Below, piece by piece: positions 45,780 through 57,967 of a stretch of 64,000 bases of DNA (within the stretch, counting starts at the first letter, position 1; every line of letters begins with the position of its first letter). Source of the stretch: Fistulifera solaris (Eukaryota). A program made the translations under genes and the position numbers. The notes under the pieces are model-generated. The model had not been told where the DNA came from, ran no database searches, and was given only the letters and a program-made list of their open reading frames with translations. The DNA lies in contig AP026136.1 of the NCBI GenBank assembly GCA_030295235.1, positions 1,178,001 to 1,242,000 on the forward strand. The letters are read 5' to 3'.

Positions 45780-48155
45780 TTAAGCACGCGTGTTGCCACC
45801 ATTGCTCACGACAGAGGCCACTCTACTAGCATCGAACCCAAATTTTCGCGCCAAATCTTCAAACTGATTTTCCCAATTCCAGTCCAATGTATCCACCGCT
45901 AAATCGGAACAAACCCCTGTATCGCTATCTGTTTCTTCTGGTAAACAGCAGTGGCAACAAGAGCATGTTAAATTCTTATTCGCCTCGCCGCAATTGGCAA
46001 CAACGACCCACTCATTCGCTTCGCGCTCTTCCAAAGTCATTGATTGAAACACTGGCAATGAACAGATAGACTCTAAATCGCCGCTAATTTTTGTTCCGTC
46101 CAAAAGGCCGTTACCAACTCGGTAGCTTCAGCGAACGAAGGAACCGTCCCGTTCAAGTTAGGATTGCGATTCAAAACTAAATACTGTAAATTTGGGGCAC
46201 TCCCGTAGTGATCGGGAATCGCACCGTGAAAATGATTGTTGTCAAGGGAAAGATAGGTCAAGTTACGCAAAGAGGAAATGTCAGGCAGCGTTCCAATGCG
46301 ATTGGTAAACTTCAACGATAGCTCGGTTAAACCGGTCATGTTGCTCAAATCGCTGGGCACTGTACCCCGATCCAGATCTGGGTTCGCCGACAAAAAGAGA
46401 CGTTTTAAGGATGTCATTTGAAACAATTCTGATGGCATGGTGCCGTTGAAATAGTTGTACGACAAGTCCAGATGTTCAAGCGATTTCAAATTGCTGATTC
46501 GCTGCGGTATTTGCCACATCAGATGATTGTCGTACACGGCGAAGAACTTCATTACATCGTTCAACGCAATGTTATCGGGAATGGAGCCTTTCAATTCGTT
46601 TTGGCTCAAATCGATGAGTTGCAAATTGGAATATTTGAATAGATGAGAAGGAAAAACATCAGATGTGAATTTGTTACCGCTCACATCGAGCGTCTGTAGT
46701 TTCGTTGCTTGACGGACGAATGTGTGATCCAGTGTTCCCTCAAACTGATTTTGATCCAAGAAGAGTAGTTCCAGATGTTTCATGTGATTGATAGTCGACA
46801 AGGGATTGTCCCACAGTCCATTCTGATCTAAGAACAGTTCCGTCAAAGACGATGCATGGGCCAGAGAACTTGGTAAAGTCCCTTCCAAGTTATTGCTAGA
46901 CAGAGCAAACGACTCTAAATGAAGATGTGGTTCTGTCTCTGTTCCCCAACAATCCGGAATTTCTCCCACGAGCAAATTTCGATGCAAATCGAGCATTTTC
47001 AAGTTCGACAATTCACACAGTTGTGTAGGGATGTTGCCCGTCAACTTATTCTGGCCTAGCAGCAAATGCTGTAGTTTATGCATTCGACCCATGCATGTAG
47101 GTATCTTCCCATGTAGTCCGTTACTGCGCATTCCCAGACTAACCAACTGATGCAAGTGACAAATTTCGGTGGGGATCGTCCCTTTGAAGGTCTGACCATT
47201 AAATTCAAGGTCCAAAAACTGCAATGTAGTTAGTAATCCTAACTCGGTAGGGATGTGTGTCGCCATCAACGAGTTCCATTCTGTAAAAGTAACAAAAGTA
47301 TTAGCACAGCATGTTGTGTTAGCTTAACGTCATCGAAGTCTGTTCATATATGAAGCACGAGCACACAAGACACGCACCTAAGTCAAGTTCGATGGGGAGA
47401 CCACTGACCGGGTCGCACGTCACTCCTCCGGGTTGGATCATCGTAGGATTATCGAAGGAGATTGTCATAGCACTCCATTCACAGACATCCAACGACGACA
47501 TGAAAGCATGCTGTGCCTTCCAGTGCATCCCTTTCCACGTCGTATACAATAGCACCATGACGTATCGAACCGTATACATGTACACATCCGTCGCATAATG
47601 CTCGTTGGAGTCAGCTACTGGCAAAGGGACTTTACGCGGATCAATATCGGCTAAAAACTGTGCAGCCATAAATTGCATAGAGTTCGGATCATTCAGTTTC
47701 TCTACACTCGATACATTGTGCTCGACGAGAAACGAAATGACTTGTTGTTGTGTTGGTCGGGGACCCGCCGACGATGATGATGATGACGACGACGACGAAT
47801 CACTTGCGGGACGAACCGCTAATCCAATCGCAAAGAGAACCGAAAGAGTCACCAACAAACAAGCGGAAGCCGCAAAACAGCGAAAAACGAATCGTTGGCG
47901 TCTCGAAGAGGCCGCGACGGGGCTCGCCGGCAATTCCTCCATATTCGGCAGACTCGCGCCTTCAAATTGTACTGCTTGCTCCGGATCCTCTAACGATATT
48001 TGCTGCAGTCCGACAATATCCATATTGCCATCTTCATCACCGCCGCTGTGTACAGAGGCAGAAGCTCGTCCGGTGACGACGGGCAAATCCGCTAACGAAA
48101 GACTTCCTGCGGCTTCTGCACTTAAAATAGGGAATTCCCCGGTTTCATTCGTCAT
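45780..48155 (-). CDS. Membrane-anchored leucine-rich-repeat protein (plant-type LRRs), 2 exons; frameshift at 46102-46105
   Basis: N-terminal TM (FAASACLLVTLSVLFAIGL), an LRR cap (VCEWS..GVTC), many LxLxxNxLxGxIP repeats and a C-cap CSCCHCC; intron ~47281-47377. Confidence 0.85.
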
Positions 48156-48749
48156 GTTTCTATGAATTGAGTTGATGGAAAGCAAACGAAAGTGTATGGT
48201 TGATTCCTTCTCGCGTTGGCAACAACAAGGAGTCCTTTTCGTCGCTCGAAAAAGGAGGAAACGTGGCTTTTATTCGTCGCAACACGATGATGATCTTGTA
48301 CGAATGGACGAAACACGGACGAAACGGAAAAGATCGCGAGAGGGGGCGGAAAAAGCTGCACGTTGAAGCCGTGCCGGCGTGGATTTTCATTAAGTAAAGA
48401 AACTGCTAAAATTTGCTCCGGGTTATTCCGCGGCACATCGCGCACTCTCGCAGTCTCATCAAACACACCCGACACCCGACACGCGAAGGACTACTTTGTA
48501 GAAAGGAAAGCATTATTACCTTTGACGTTATTGTTATCGAGCTCGTAACACAGTAACTTCATTACTCTTGGTGCAATTCATTCGAAATGAATACTCCAAT
48601 TACAATAAGATGCATCGTCGAAACGCAAACAAGAACAAATCATTTTGAAAAGCTGACAATGGAAAACGCACTTTTCCGACGTTCACATTCCCGCGATTAC
48701 CCGCCACGATCAATGAGCTGTTGCAATACGATGTCGACGAAATGATTGT

Positions 48750-50126
48750 TTGGGTCCAGTAATATAAATGTGCTACTACTTCTGGTTGATTGCTACCATG
48801 ATCTTTATCCCGATGTATCAATAACCTTCAGCTTTCAAGACGGCTTTGTGTCAACTTGTGAAAAATCATTACAAAACTCTCATGAAAATATTACACACTT
48901 GAAGGTTGAAACTATTCTCGATACAGCGTTCCTAGTTGCCAAATTGAAGGTGGATCCAACGACAAGATTGAAAGCTTGCAAAATTATCGGCATAATAAGA
49001 CTTCATCTTCATGATAGTCTCCATGAAAAACTTGATCTCCTGCTTGCTTTGTTGCCAGCCGAGACACAAATCTTTGCGGAATATGACGTTTTGTCCTGTG
49101 ATTTCCACTTTTTTGCAACCGCGGCCATATCCCATAAAGTTGGTTTTGGGAAATGATATGGTTCAATTTGACAATAACACGTTTCTTGAGGATTTTTAGG
49201 GTCGACCGACAACTTTTGGTTCCCTCGACTTGGGAGGCGCTCCTGTGGAGGATGTTGCCCTCAAACTGTCTCCTTTCATCACTCTCACTTCTTCGAAAGT
49301 CTGAAAGTGAGAACGCTTTCACAAGATCTTATTCTACAGCTTCTTGCCTCACCCGTGGAAGCCTTATCCTTCCGAGTCGACCCTGAAGTCATGAATACAA
49401 TGGACTTCTCAGAAACAAACATTGCCCCGACAAGCATTGCAATTTTCCTGTTAGAGATCAAGCCTTTCCCAACGCGCTTCTTGCAGTCGTTCCTAGGCCG
49501 AGTAGCGGAATTAGGTCATCTAGAGGCCCTCGAGATCAGATATTTTTGATACGGTCAATCTACCCGAAGAAGTAAGGGAGGCGTTACTTCATGCTGTTGA
49601 ATTGAACAAGAAGCTGAAACATTTGAATCTGTTTTTGAACACGGGAGAATGGGACACTGATATCAAAAAACTCTTTGCTGTTCTCGAACACCATAACTCG
49701 ATTTGCACTCAACATGTCAACAGGTACCCGATTCGCCTTGATCCTACGTACAAGTGGGTCAAGCAATTGCTGGTACGAAAAAGAAACTTGCAATCCAAGT
49801 AAATGAAACATGTTTTAATGAATTCATGAAAAACGCTGAACCGTTCCTTCCGAGGATCAAAAGTTCTCAAAACTGAGCCATCTCTTGATCGAACGCCGCT
49901 GTTGAACGCAGCTCTATGCCAAAGTGCCCAACGCATGCAGAGTTTTGGACTGTTGCTGGCGGATCATGTGGGCGTTCTTTGTTGCGTGCTGTTGGACGAT
50001 CCAGGGCCCACGAACAATGTGGATGTTGACATGATAAATGAGGATGAGGACATTGATACAATTCCCAAGAGGGCTTGTCCATATACCTCTTCAAGTTCCG
50101 TGAAACGTATCTCACAAGGACCTTAA
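48750..50126 (+). pseudogene. Decayed member of a multicopy hypothetical-protein family (copy 1)
   Basis: Fragments in shifting frames with stops: SFLGRVAELGHLEAL, NKKLKHLNL and LNAAL...FGLLLADHVGVLC. These are homologous to copy 2. Confidence 0.6.
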
Positions 50127-50639
50127 AGGAAATCATCGTAGATTGTGCATATTGTTTACCATTATCAAAAAGCAACTACTTTCGTACGTACCCCTTTCAG
50201 GTTCGATCAACTCACGGAATATCAGATTAGTGGCCTTCGATTCCAGTAGCAGCTTTATCGACAACCCCTATCGTTTGTTGGTTGACGACTCTTTTGGTTC
50301 CATTTGTTGTTAGGTTAGTTTTTCGTTCCGCACACGAGCAGTCGTCATCATTGTAGACCCACTCACGACAGCAACAACAGCACTTCATTGCGATTCTCTT
50401 CGATAGCAATAGTTTATAAGGTACCAAAAGCTCAATTCTACGGCTTATGTGCACACTAGTACCGCCCAGGCCTTAGCCGATGCCCATTCGCACATAAAAG
50501 CGCCGCTTGTAGTCTTCCCTCATGAGTCGAGCCTCTAGTGCAAATGACACCTCACTCATCACGCCCAGGTTTATTTGGAGCACGGTAACGTGGCGTTGTT
50601 GCAAATCCTACCGCTTGGAATGGGCTGCCTTCGAAAAAC

Positions 50640-52193
50640 TCATAAGCAAAACAACATAGATAAGATCGGAGTGCCACTAACTTTGTCGGAGGACTCGGAG
50701 AAGGCGGCTTTCGTTGCCCGAAATCGACTCGGCAGACTTGCTCTTTCCAATGGAACTACTTGCTAAAGATCCTCTCTATCGATTTCTGGTGCATTCCGAC
50801 AGCACCCATAATGTCATCTTCATTCATCATACCGTCGCTGCTGTTTGCAGACGCTCATCCGGTGACGACGACAGGCAAATCCGCCAAGGGAAGAAATTTC
50901 CTTGTTTTATTCGTCATTTTGCTCTTCCAGTAATTGACTAAAAGCGAGCGAATACGGAGTATGTATAATTGGTGGTTATTCTCTTAGTTTGGCAACTTGC
51001 AACACATAATAAGAAAAGTCCTTTATTCGCTCTAAAATTTTTAAGAAAATGTGGGCATGTGGTGTTTTCACGTCCACAGAAAATGTGGTAATGTGGTTTT
51101 TCAAGTTCACAGAAAATGTGGGCGCGTGTTGTTTTTACGTACACAGAAAATGTGGAAATGTGGTTTATGACGTCCATAGAAAATGTGGGGGCGTGGTATT
51201 TTGACGTTCACAGAAAATCTTGGAGTGTGTTGGGCGCAGAAAACGCTGTAAAACGGACCGGGGTGCCGCCCAGTGAATCAGTAATTCTTGAAGGGAATAT
51301 ACCATTCAATGGAGACACTTTAACGCGCTTTCTAGAAACGGGAATGATCCAACATCTAGCATATCCTATCCTGGTTGGCGACGAGCATGCCCCTCTTACT
51401 TTGACGACCCAAGTAGGATCTCTGAGCTTTAGCTTACGTCCCTCATCAACTACGGCAGCTGACTTGCAGTCCATCAACATTGCGACCAAGAAAGTCCGAC
51501 TCATCATTTACGGTTTCAATGACGATGATCAATCGTTAGCGGAAAATGTCATGCTTTCTTTATGGCAGCGAGTGGCCGAGGTAGGTCATTTTGAGGAGCC
51601 GGACGTCGACTTCAGACGGCGCTGTACAAGCACTTATCCGTGCTGTGAAAGCCAACTCTGGTCTGAAGGTTCTCTGTTTGGGGAAACGCGCGGGTTGGCG
51701 ACTTAATGTAGAGGTGCTCTTGGATAGTTAAAAGATCACAAAGCGATCCGTGTCTTGCGTTTGGGGCTCTATCCAGAAGAAGACGAAAACAGCGACTCAT
51801 TTGGCCCCGGCTTTGTCCATCTTCGAAATTTGCTTTTTCATAAAAGGCACATTGTCGTGACGGATGTCAATGGCGATTTTTCTACCGACGGGTCAATTGT
51901 GGATGAGCTTTTATCGCTTCAACAGATTCTATTGGGGCTCAAAAGATCTGTTGGCATATCCACAACTGAATCGATCATCTCTGGTGGAAGCCGCTTTGAC
52001 AGAAGGGACGTCAAAGGATTTCCGACGATCGGCGCTCTTGCTCTCAGATCACACCGATGCGCTGTGTGAACTTGTTCAATCTGCCGGTAACAAGGAGTAT
52101 GAAGATAACAGTTGTCTTGTGCTACGGAAGAAGAGCCATATCATTCACACAAGAGCTATGTATTCCTCGATTCCTCTATTCGATAAATTCTAA
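50640..52193 (+). pseudogene. Decayed member of the same family (copy 2), interrupted by an AT-rich/minisatellite segment
   Basis: Fragments SLWQRVAEVGHFE and RFNRFYWGSKDLL...LVEAALTEGTSKDFRRSALLLSDHTDALCELVQ, with multiple frameshifts. Confidence 0.6.
51043..51220. repeat. Minisatellite, 5+ units alternating 34 and 33 bp, core AGAAAATGTGG
   Basis: The AGAAAATGTGG core recurs at about 51044, 51078, 51111, 51145 and 51178, with a partial AGAAAAT at 51212. Confidence 0.9.
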
Positions 52194-53444
52194 ATATGAT
52201 TGCATGACAATAAAGTGCTGTGGTAGTTTCTCTTCTGAAATGCAGCCGTGTCGATACATTGCCCCCGATGTTCTGGCGAAGATAGAATCATGTCAAGCAT
52301 ATCTTTGGAGATAGGAACTTCGATGGCATCTCCCAAGCCATCGCTTTTCCTCCAAGTCGAACGGCCTTCTCCGCGCTCCACAATGTCGTTACCATGATCA
52401 TTCGCAACGGCATCTTGTTCAGGGCTTTCATCCTCGAAAATGGGATTGTCAGGACGGGCAATGCGCTCTATTCCTGGAAAGTAATTCCGCGTCTTGACCA
52501 AGACAATCAAAGCCGCCACAAAGAAGCAAATCAATGAAGCGATGGAAAATCCGTACGTTCTCCCGATCGTGCAAGAGTAGGTTTGACAAAATCCCGTCGT
52601 GACAATAAACAGTGAACTGATTTGCAAAGGACACAACACTGCCAGATTCGCAAAGCACCAAAGATACCGCAGCCGCTGCGTGTGCGACAAACAGCAGTAC
52701 GTGCCGACCCAGATACATAAAATGAACGCCAAAGTTTGCGCTCCGCTTTGTACCCTTCGCAACGAGTACCAAGCCGGTCCCAAAAACTCCATGTAACTGT
52801 TGATCCAGATAAACCCGGCCTCCCCCTGTTTGTGTTGCATTAATATCCTCTTCCAGGACGCATGAACTTCCGTCAACCAGATCTTGGAAGAAGAAGAATC
52901 CCAGACCCGCTATCGTTCGACTAGACGGTAGAGACGGAGGTATTTTGTAAAGAGACGCTAAGAAAGGATCCACATCGGTTGCATTGACGAATACCAGCTG
53001 ACAATCCAAGAGTGTTGCCCACGAAAGTCCCATTCCGACAAACATAAGAAATTGGGCCGCAAATAACAACACCATTGCCGAGTACTGATTCTTCTTTAAA
53101 TTCGGATAAGGACGCGAGATGCTGCAGGCACACGCATCGTAATAATTTCCGGTTCCGAGAGAACATAGACGACAGAGACAACATAGCCAGGATTGATTGT
53201 ATTTGGGCAAGATATTGCTACTGCGCAGAGAGTCATCATCTTCTTTGTGTTGATTGTCAGAATTTGCAGAAGGCTTTGTTATTCGTTCATCTGTTCGAAC
53301 ATGGCGTAATTGAGGAGACGACGAGGATGTCGGTGAGGAGCGAAGAAGTCTCAACATTTTGTTGTGCGAGTCTTTTGCGCTGATCATTTGAATACCAGCC
53401 CCTGCAAATCGCTCAAATGCTTGATTTTCTCGTCTATGGACCAA
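52190..53444 (-). CDS. Hypothetical ~4-TM membrane protein; frameshifted near 52830
   Basis: Overlapping ORFs 52449..53444 and 52190..52876 together give four hydrophobic helices with Cys-containing loops. Confidence 0.6.
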
Positions 53445-53570
53445 TGAGGTGAAGCAAGAAGCAACTTCTGGTATGATTACAAGGTCATCATCATGTCGTT
53501 GTCCATGAAATGATTATTCCGTTTTTTTTTACTCCTATGTTTTCGTGATGCGGATGCGGCTGCAATTAAC

Positions 53571-53823
53571 GTGACTGCATTTCAGTCATGAATCTATTGT
53601 CGAATCATATTTAACTCCATGCACACTATACCTTCCATCCGTTCTCCACGCTCAAAAGCCTAGAGTAGCGCCTGTCTTACGATGCACTTTTTTCGCAGTA
53701 TTTGCACTCCACGCCTCGGATTCTTTACGTCGAAAAGCGGTTGCAGATCATGCTCATTTATAGTTGCTATAATTCAAAGTGTAGAATCAACATTAACGAG
53801 ACTGCATTTTCAGTCATGAGTCA
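53571..53823 (+). repeat. Dispersed ~227-bp repeat, copy B
   Basis: Motif at 53571-53593 and 53798-53823; the internal sequence aligns by eye with 34011-34242. Confidence 0.75.
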
Positions 53824-53897
53824 TGGACTACAGCAAACCGCACCTTTTGCGAACTATAATGACCACGAGAAACCGTTAACGCGCATCTACTAATGAA

Positions 53898-54899
53898 ATG
53901 GACCGAATAAATCTTATTATTGTGCTTCCCATTATAATTGGTGAGTCCGAAACTGGATATTGCCATCGAAAGTTTCAAAAGATTGAAGTTTTCTCATGTT
54001 TCTCCGATGTTTCTGTTATTTGATGGTTCTCCTCAGCTTGTAGCCTATCGATAATATGGGGCAACTCGTTTATTTTCCCTCAAAATTTGCAAATGTTTTC
54101 TCAACAAGTCAGTCGCACTTCGGCGTCATCAGGCTTTCCTTCAGCAGTTATTTCTAATCTTGGACAGCGAGGTTGTACGCCAAAGATGGGCAACGGCAGC
54201 TGCATCGACGCCAAACGAAATCGGTATAATTACTGTTTCAGCCCAGCGAACACGTATTCCTTGGAAGCGTGTCAATCCATTGCCGAGAATAACAAGGATA
54301 TTGCGGGGATACAATATGTCAGAGGCGAGCATGATGCATATTGTCTTTTGCTCCTTGACGAGTCTGCCTTGTCCGGCAAGCATAATATCGATGCCTCTTG
54401 CCCCGATCAGTTTACGTATCATCGAGAGTCCGATTGGAGTGGGGGCCACGGGCCCGTTGCAGGCATTGATAGTGTCGGTGAATGTTATAGCTGTACTGAT
54501 GATTATTGCACGGAACTGATCGGGCCCGGCGAATGCGTAGACGTCAATCACAACCGTTTCAATTACTGCTTTGCTACCGCATATACGCTGCAGCAATGTC
54601 AGCTGATTGCTGCAAAGAACAAACAACAATTTATCGGTATAGAGTATGGATTGTTTGAAGATACATCGTATTGTTTCCTTCTCATGGAAGCCCTCACCAC
54701 TGAGGGAGTCGATATCGGTCGTTTGTGTCCGCCCGACTTCATTACGGATGAAGCGTCTGGTTCCAATCAAGGTAAGGGTTTGATTCATGATGCAGTCGCT
54801 ATGAAAGGCTATGAATGCTACGCCTGTACGGTTGACATTGGCGCCGTTGTTGGCAATACGGCTGTAATCAACAATAATGAAGATCTTTCGAGTGAATGA
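53898..54899 (+). CDS. Secreted protein with two tandem ~105-aa Cys-rich repeats (2 exons)
   Basis: Exon 1 (53898-53940, MDRINLIIVLPIII) splices across intron 53941-54036 in frame into ORF 54087. The repeats follow GxGxCxD...RxNYC...LxxCQxIA...GIxY...YCxLL...CP...GxG...ECYxC. Confidence 0.8.
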
Positions 54900-55358
54900 A
54901 GTACGCGTCCATCGGTATTAGTTCACTTGAGATAGTCTTCGATACGGATATCTTGTAAGCTTGAGGCATGATACCTCCTGCACACCACCAGTTTTACTCT
55001 TTGGCTCAACGTAGTCGTCCGTGAGAAAGGGCTCACGGGTCGCGAAGTCTTTGTCAGGCCCTTTCTATTAAAATACCAGCTAGAGCTAACGCAGCACCCG
55101 TCAAAGGTCTTTGCATACCTCGAGCGTTTGCACTCTCATAAAAACATTATAACAGCACCAGTCCTTTTGAATAGCACTGTAAACTAAAGATGCAAAGGTA
55201 CAATATCTTTACCTCATTTGCTAGTTAATATCAAGCTACAAGTGCCACTGGCACATGAAGCAGGATTACAACCAATCATGATGGTCCAAGCGCTGCACCT
55301 TCGATCATCGCGGTTTCACGTCAGAGTTGCAGCAAGTTACATATACAACAAATGTGTT

Positions 55359-55970
55359 TTAGAGCAGTCCGTAGCCGACAAACATGACGGCACCCGTCCA
55401 TATCGACATGGTGGACGCGGTAGGGCTAGCAGAAGATCCTCCGCCAGTGCCTGTGTCGGTGCCTGTACCTCCATTGTCACTTCCGTCGTCAACGGCTTCG
55501 CCGTCACTGCCATCATCTACCACTCCACTATCGCTACCATCATCCACCGTGCCTTCATTGTCGCTCCCATTATCCACAGTACCGCCGTTATCAGTGCAAA
55601 CGAAAGAACAAGATCCATCCTCGGTCGTCTGCGATGCAATACAGCCAAAGTAGGCTTGCGCTTCGGCTTGACAAGCATTACAGCATTGCTGGATCGCGCA
55701 AAAGACGTCATTGAACCAGTTACACAAAAAGTTTGGATCCTCCAACATGTTCAGGATTTGCTCCTCTGTCAAATCCGGATTTTGATCGACATTTTCACAC
55801 CCAGCCTCGCACACATTCTGGTTGCTGAGGGCACACGCCTCGTACGCAGCGAGTTCATCGGGGCAAGAATCATCATTCACAGTGCCATCGCCGCGGACGG
55901 CCGTATTGACGGACGCGAGTAGCACTAGCACAAGAGAAAGAAGAGAGAGAATGGGCTTGTGGAATAGCAT
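55359..55970 (-). CDS. Secreted, putatively GPI-anchored protein with one 12-Cys module and D/G/S-rich linker
   Basis: Signal peptide, CPDELAAYEAC...CC..C...C, GTVDDGSD repeats and a hydrophobic tail IWTGAVMFVGYGLL. Confidence 0.85.
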   Translation of the reverse strand: MLFHKPILSLLSLVLVLLASVNTAVRGDGTVNDDSCPDELAAYEACALSNQNVCEAGCENVDQNPDLTEEQILNMLEDPNFLCNWFNDVFCAIQQCCNACQAEAQAYFGCIASQTTEDGSCSFVCTDNGGTVDNGSDNEGTVDDGSDSGVVDDGSDGEAVDDGSDNGGTGTDTGTGGGSSASPTASTMSIWTGAVMFVGYGLL

Positions 55971-56764
55971 CTTGTAAGAAAGAATGAAAGAAGCTGAGAT
56001 TGTCTTGCGGGGTTCGAAAGAAAATGATTCGAATCAGATGAATGCGAAGCTGTCATTATTTGTCGTTTGCAACGGATTCGTCGCGAAGACGTATTCGACT
56101 TCCGAGTTCCGTGCTTCCGAGTGCCGTATTGCTGCTTTATGCCCTATACAAACGGTACCTGCGCAAACTCTTTTCAAGAATCAAATTTCAAACCGAAGAC
56201 GATCGATCAATATCGATCGCTGATCGCAATCTCCAGAGGCCAAGCCAGAGGCGTCATGAAGCAGACTACCTGGTATCCTTGGAGCTGCTTCAACGTCCGT
56301 AACGTTAGTTGAAAAAGAATCTTACCAGAAAAGCTATGAGATGCGCTTCCGAAATGTGCGAAGAATGGATTCCTCGTACGGTAGCAGACGGCAAGCGAAA
56401 GTCGTGACATGGGATCGCCTTTACAAAAAAAAAGTCACTCGACACGAGGTTGAAAGCGCTACCTTGCTACGTGGCTGAAGAAAGAAAAGGAAGCTGCTCC
56501 AATTAGGCCTTGGCGACTCGTTTTTGACCACTTTGTACTCCAACCTGTGCCGTCATGAAAGGAAGATGAGCAAAGTACAGTCAGTCCTGGACGGCGGTGT
56601 TAGTCAAATTCGAAGAAATCAAAAAAAAATCGGCATCTTCTCTCTAATCACTAGCAACAAAGAGTACAAGAAGTCATGAACAATATGCATTACAATTACT
56701 GCAGACGACTTTCGCGCTGAACAACAAAAAAAAACCTATCAGATTATGAAACGCCAACCCAGTT

Positions 56765-57295
56765 CTAGCTCAATGTGTAACCGACAAATATAATTGCACT
56801 TGTCCAAATCGTCAATGTCGCCAAGCAAAGGCTACCAGATGAGCTCTGGCCAACACCGGCACCACCATTGCCGTCGTTATTATCAGTAGTGCCTCCATTA
56901 TCTTTCGCGTCATTCCCAGCATCTCCGTTATCATCATCGCAAGAAAAATTACACGTTCCATTTTCAGCAAGTTCCTTTGCCTGACAATCCAGATAAGCCG
57001 TCGCTTCCTTCAAACATATATTGCAGCAGTGGTGGACCGCGCAGTAGGCTTCATTCAACCACTCGCACATGAAACTAGGATCTGTCATCAGCGCGACAAA
57101 CACTTCTTCCGTAAATTCTGGTTCGTGTTCGCACTCGCCCTTGCAAGCGGCCATGTTGTTGATGGCACAAGCCTCGTAGGTAGCCAATTCATCCGGGCAT
57201 GATTCGTCGGTAAAGCCATCACCGTGGACCAACTTGACGGACGTCAACGCGATGAGAGAAAGAAGAGAAAGAGTGATTTTCTCCAAGCGCATCAT
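56765..57295 (-). CDS. Tandem paralog: secreted, putatively GPI-anchored single 12-Cys-module protein
   Basis: Signal peptide, CPDELATYEAC module and tail IWTSAIIFVGYTLS; collinear with 55359-55970. Confidence 0.85.
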   Translation of the reverse strand: MMRLEKITLSLLSLIALTSVKLVHGDGFTDESCPDELATYEACAINNMAACKGECEHEPEFTEEVFVALMTDPSFMCEWLNEAYCAVHHCCNICLKEATAYLDCQAKELAENGTCNFSCDDDNGDAGNDAKDNGGTTDNNDGNGGAGVGQSSSGSLCLATLTIWTSAIIFVGYTLS

Positions 57296-57967
57296 TTTGA
57301 CAGAGAGGTATCAGGGTGTTGTTTTTCAAATTAAAAAATTGTGGCATTAAAGCGAAATGGATGAACGGAGTGTGAATGATGAATATTGAGAACATTATGT
57401 TGCAAAACTGCTTTCAGCTTCCGTATATGAAACGCAGGTGAAACCGGTGCACGTTTCGACGAATAGTGCTCAGACATTGTTTCGCACTTCCGAGTCTATG
57501 CATTTCTCGCACAGAACATCTAACGTGCAACTCGAATGTCCAACCTCATTGCCCCTCACAAGCATTCGCTTAGGCTTATGGTCTATGTTTCTCAGGTCGA
57601 GTACCTACAAAGGTAGAACTATATCACCTCGCGACATTGAATACTCACTCGGAAGGTAGAATTTAAATAAGGGTGACTCCAACCGAACGAAAGGTGGAAC
57701 ATATTGTGCAAGTTGCTCACCACTTTAGGATGAAACATTGTACGTGACCTTTTCACAAGAGAGCATATCTGTGGCATGTGGCCGTGTCGCTTCGTTGACT
57801 GGAGCGTGAATGCTTTACAAGCCTTAATCAGTGGAGGCACCAGACCAAAGGTGATGCTGAAAAGACAAAAACAGTATATTTTCAACTAAGAAATTCAGTT
57901 CTAGATGTATTATGATCTAATCTATTAGTGGCGGTTGGTATTCGATATCTGCTACCCCAAATAACTC

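Noticed and set aside
51043..51220. CRISPR array
   Set aside because: The 'spacers' are homologous to each other, the period is only 33-34 bp, there are no cas genes and the context is eukaryotic.
55218..55922. Long antisense ORFs (also 54141..54788, 38186..38836, 44168..44752, 47605..48165)
   Set aside because: These are shadows of real genes on the opposite strand and show no independent protein features.
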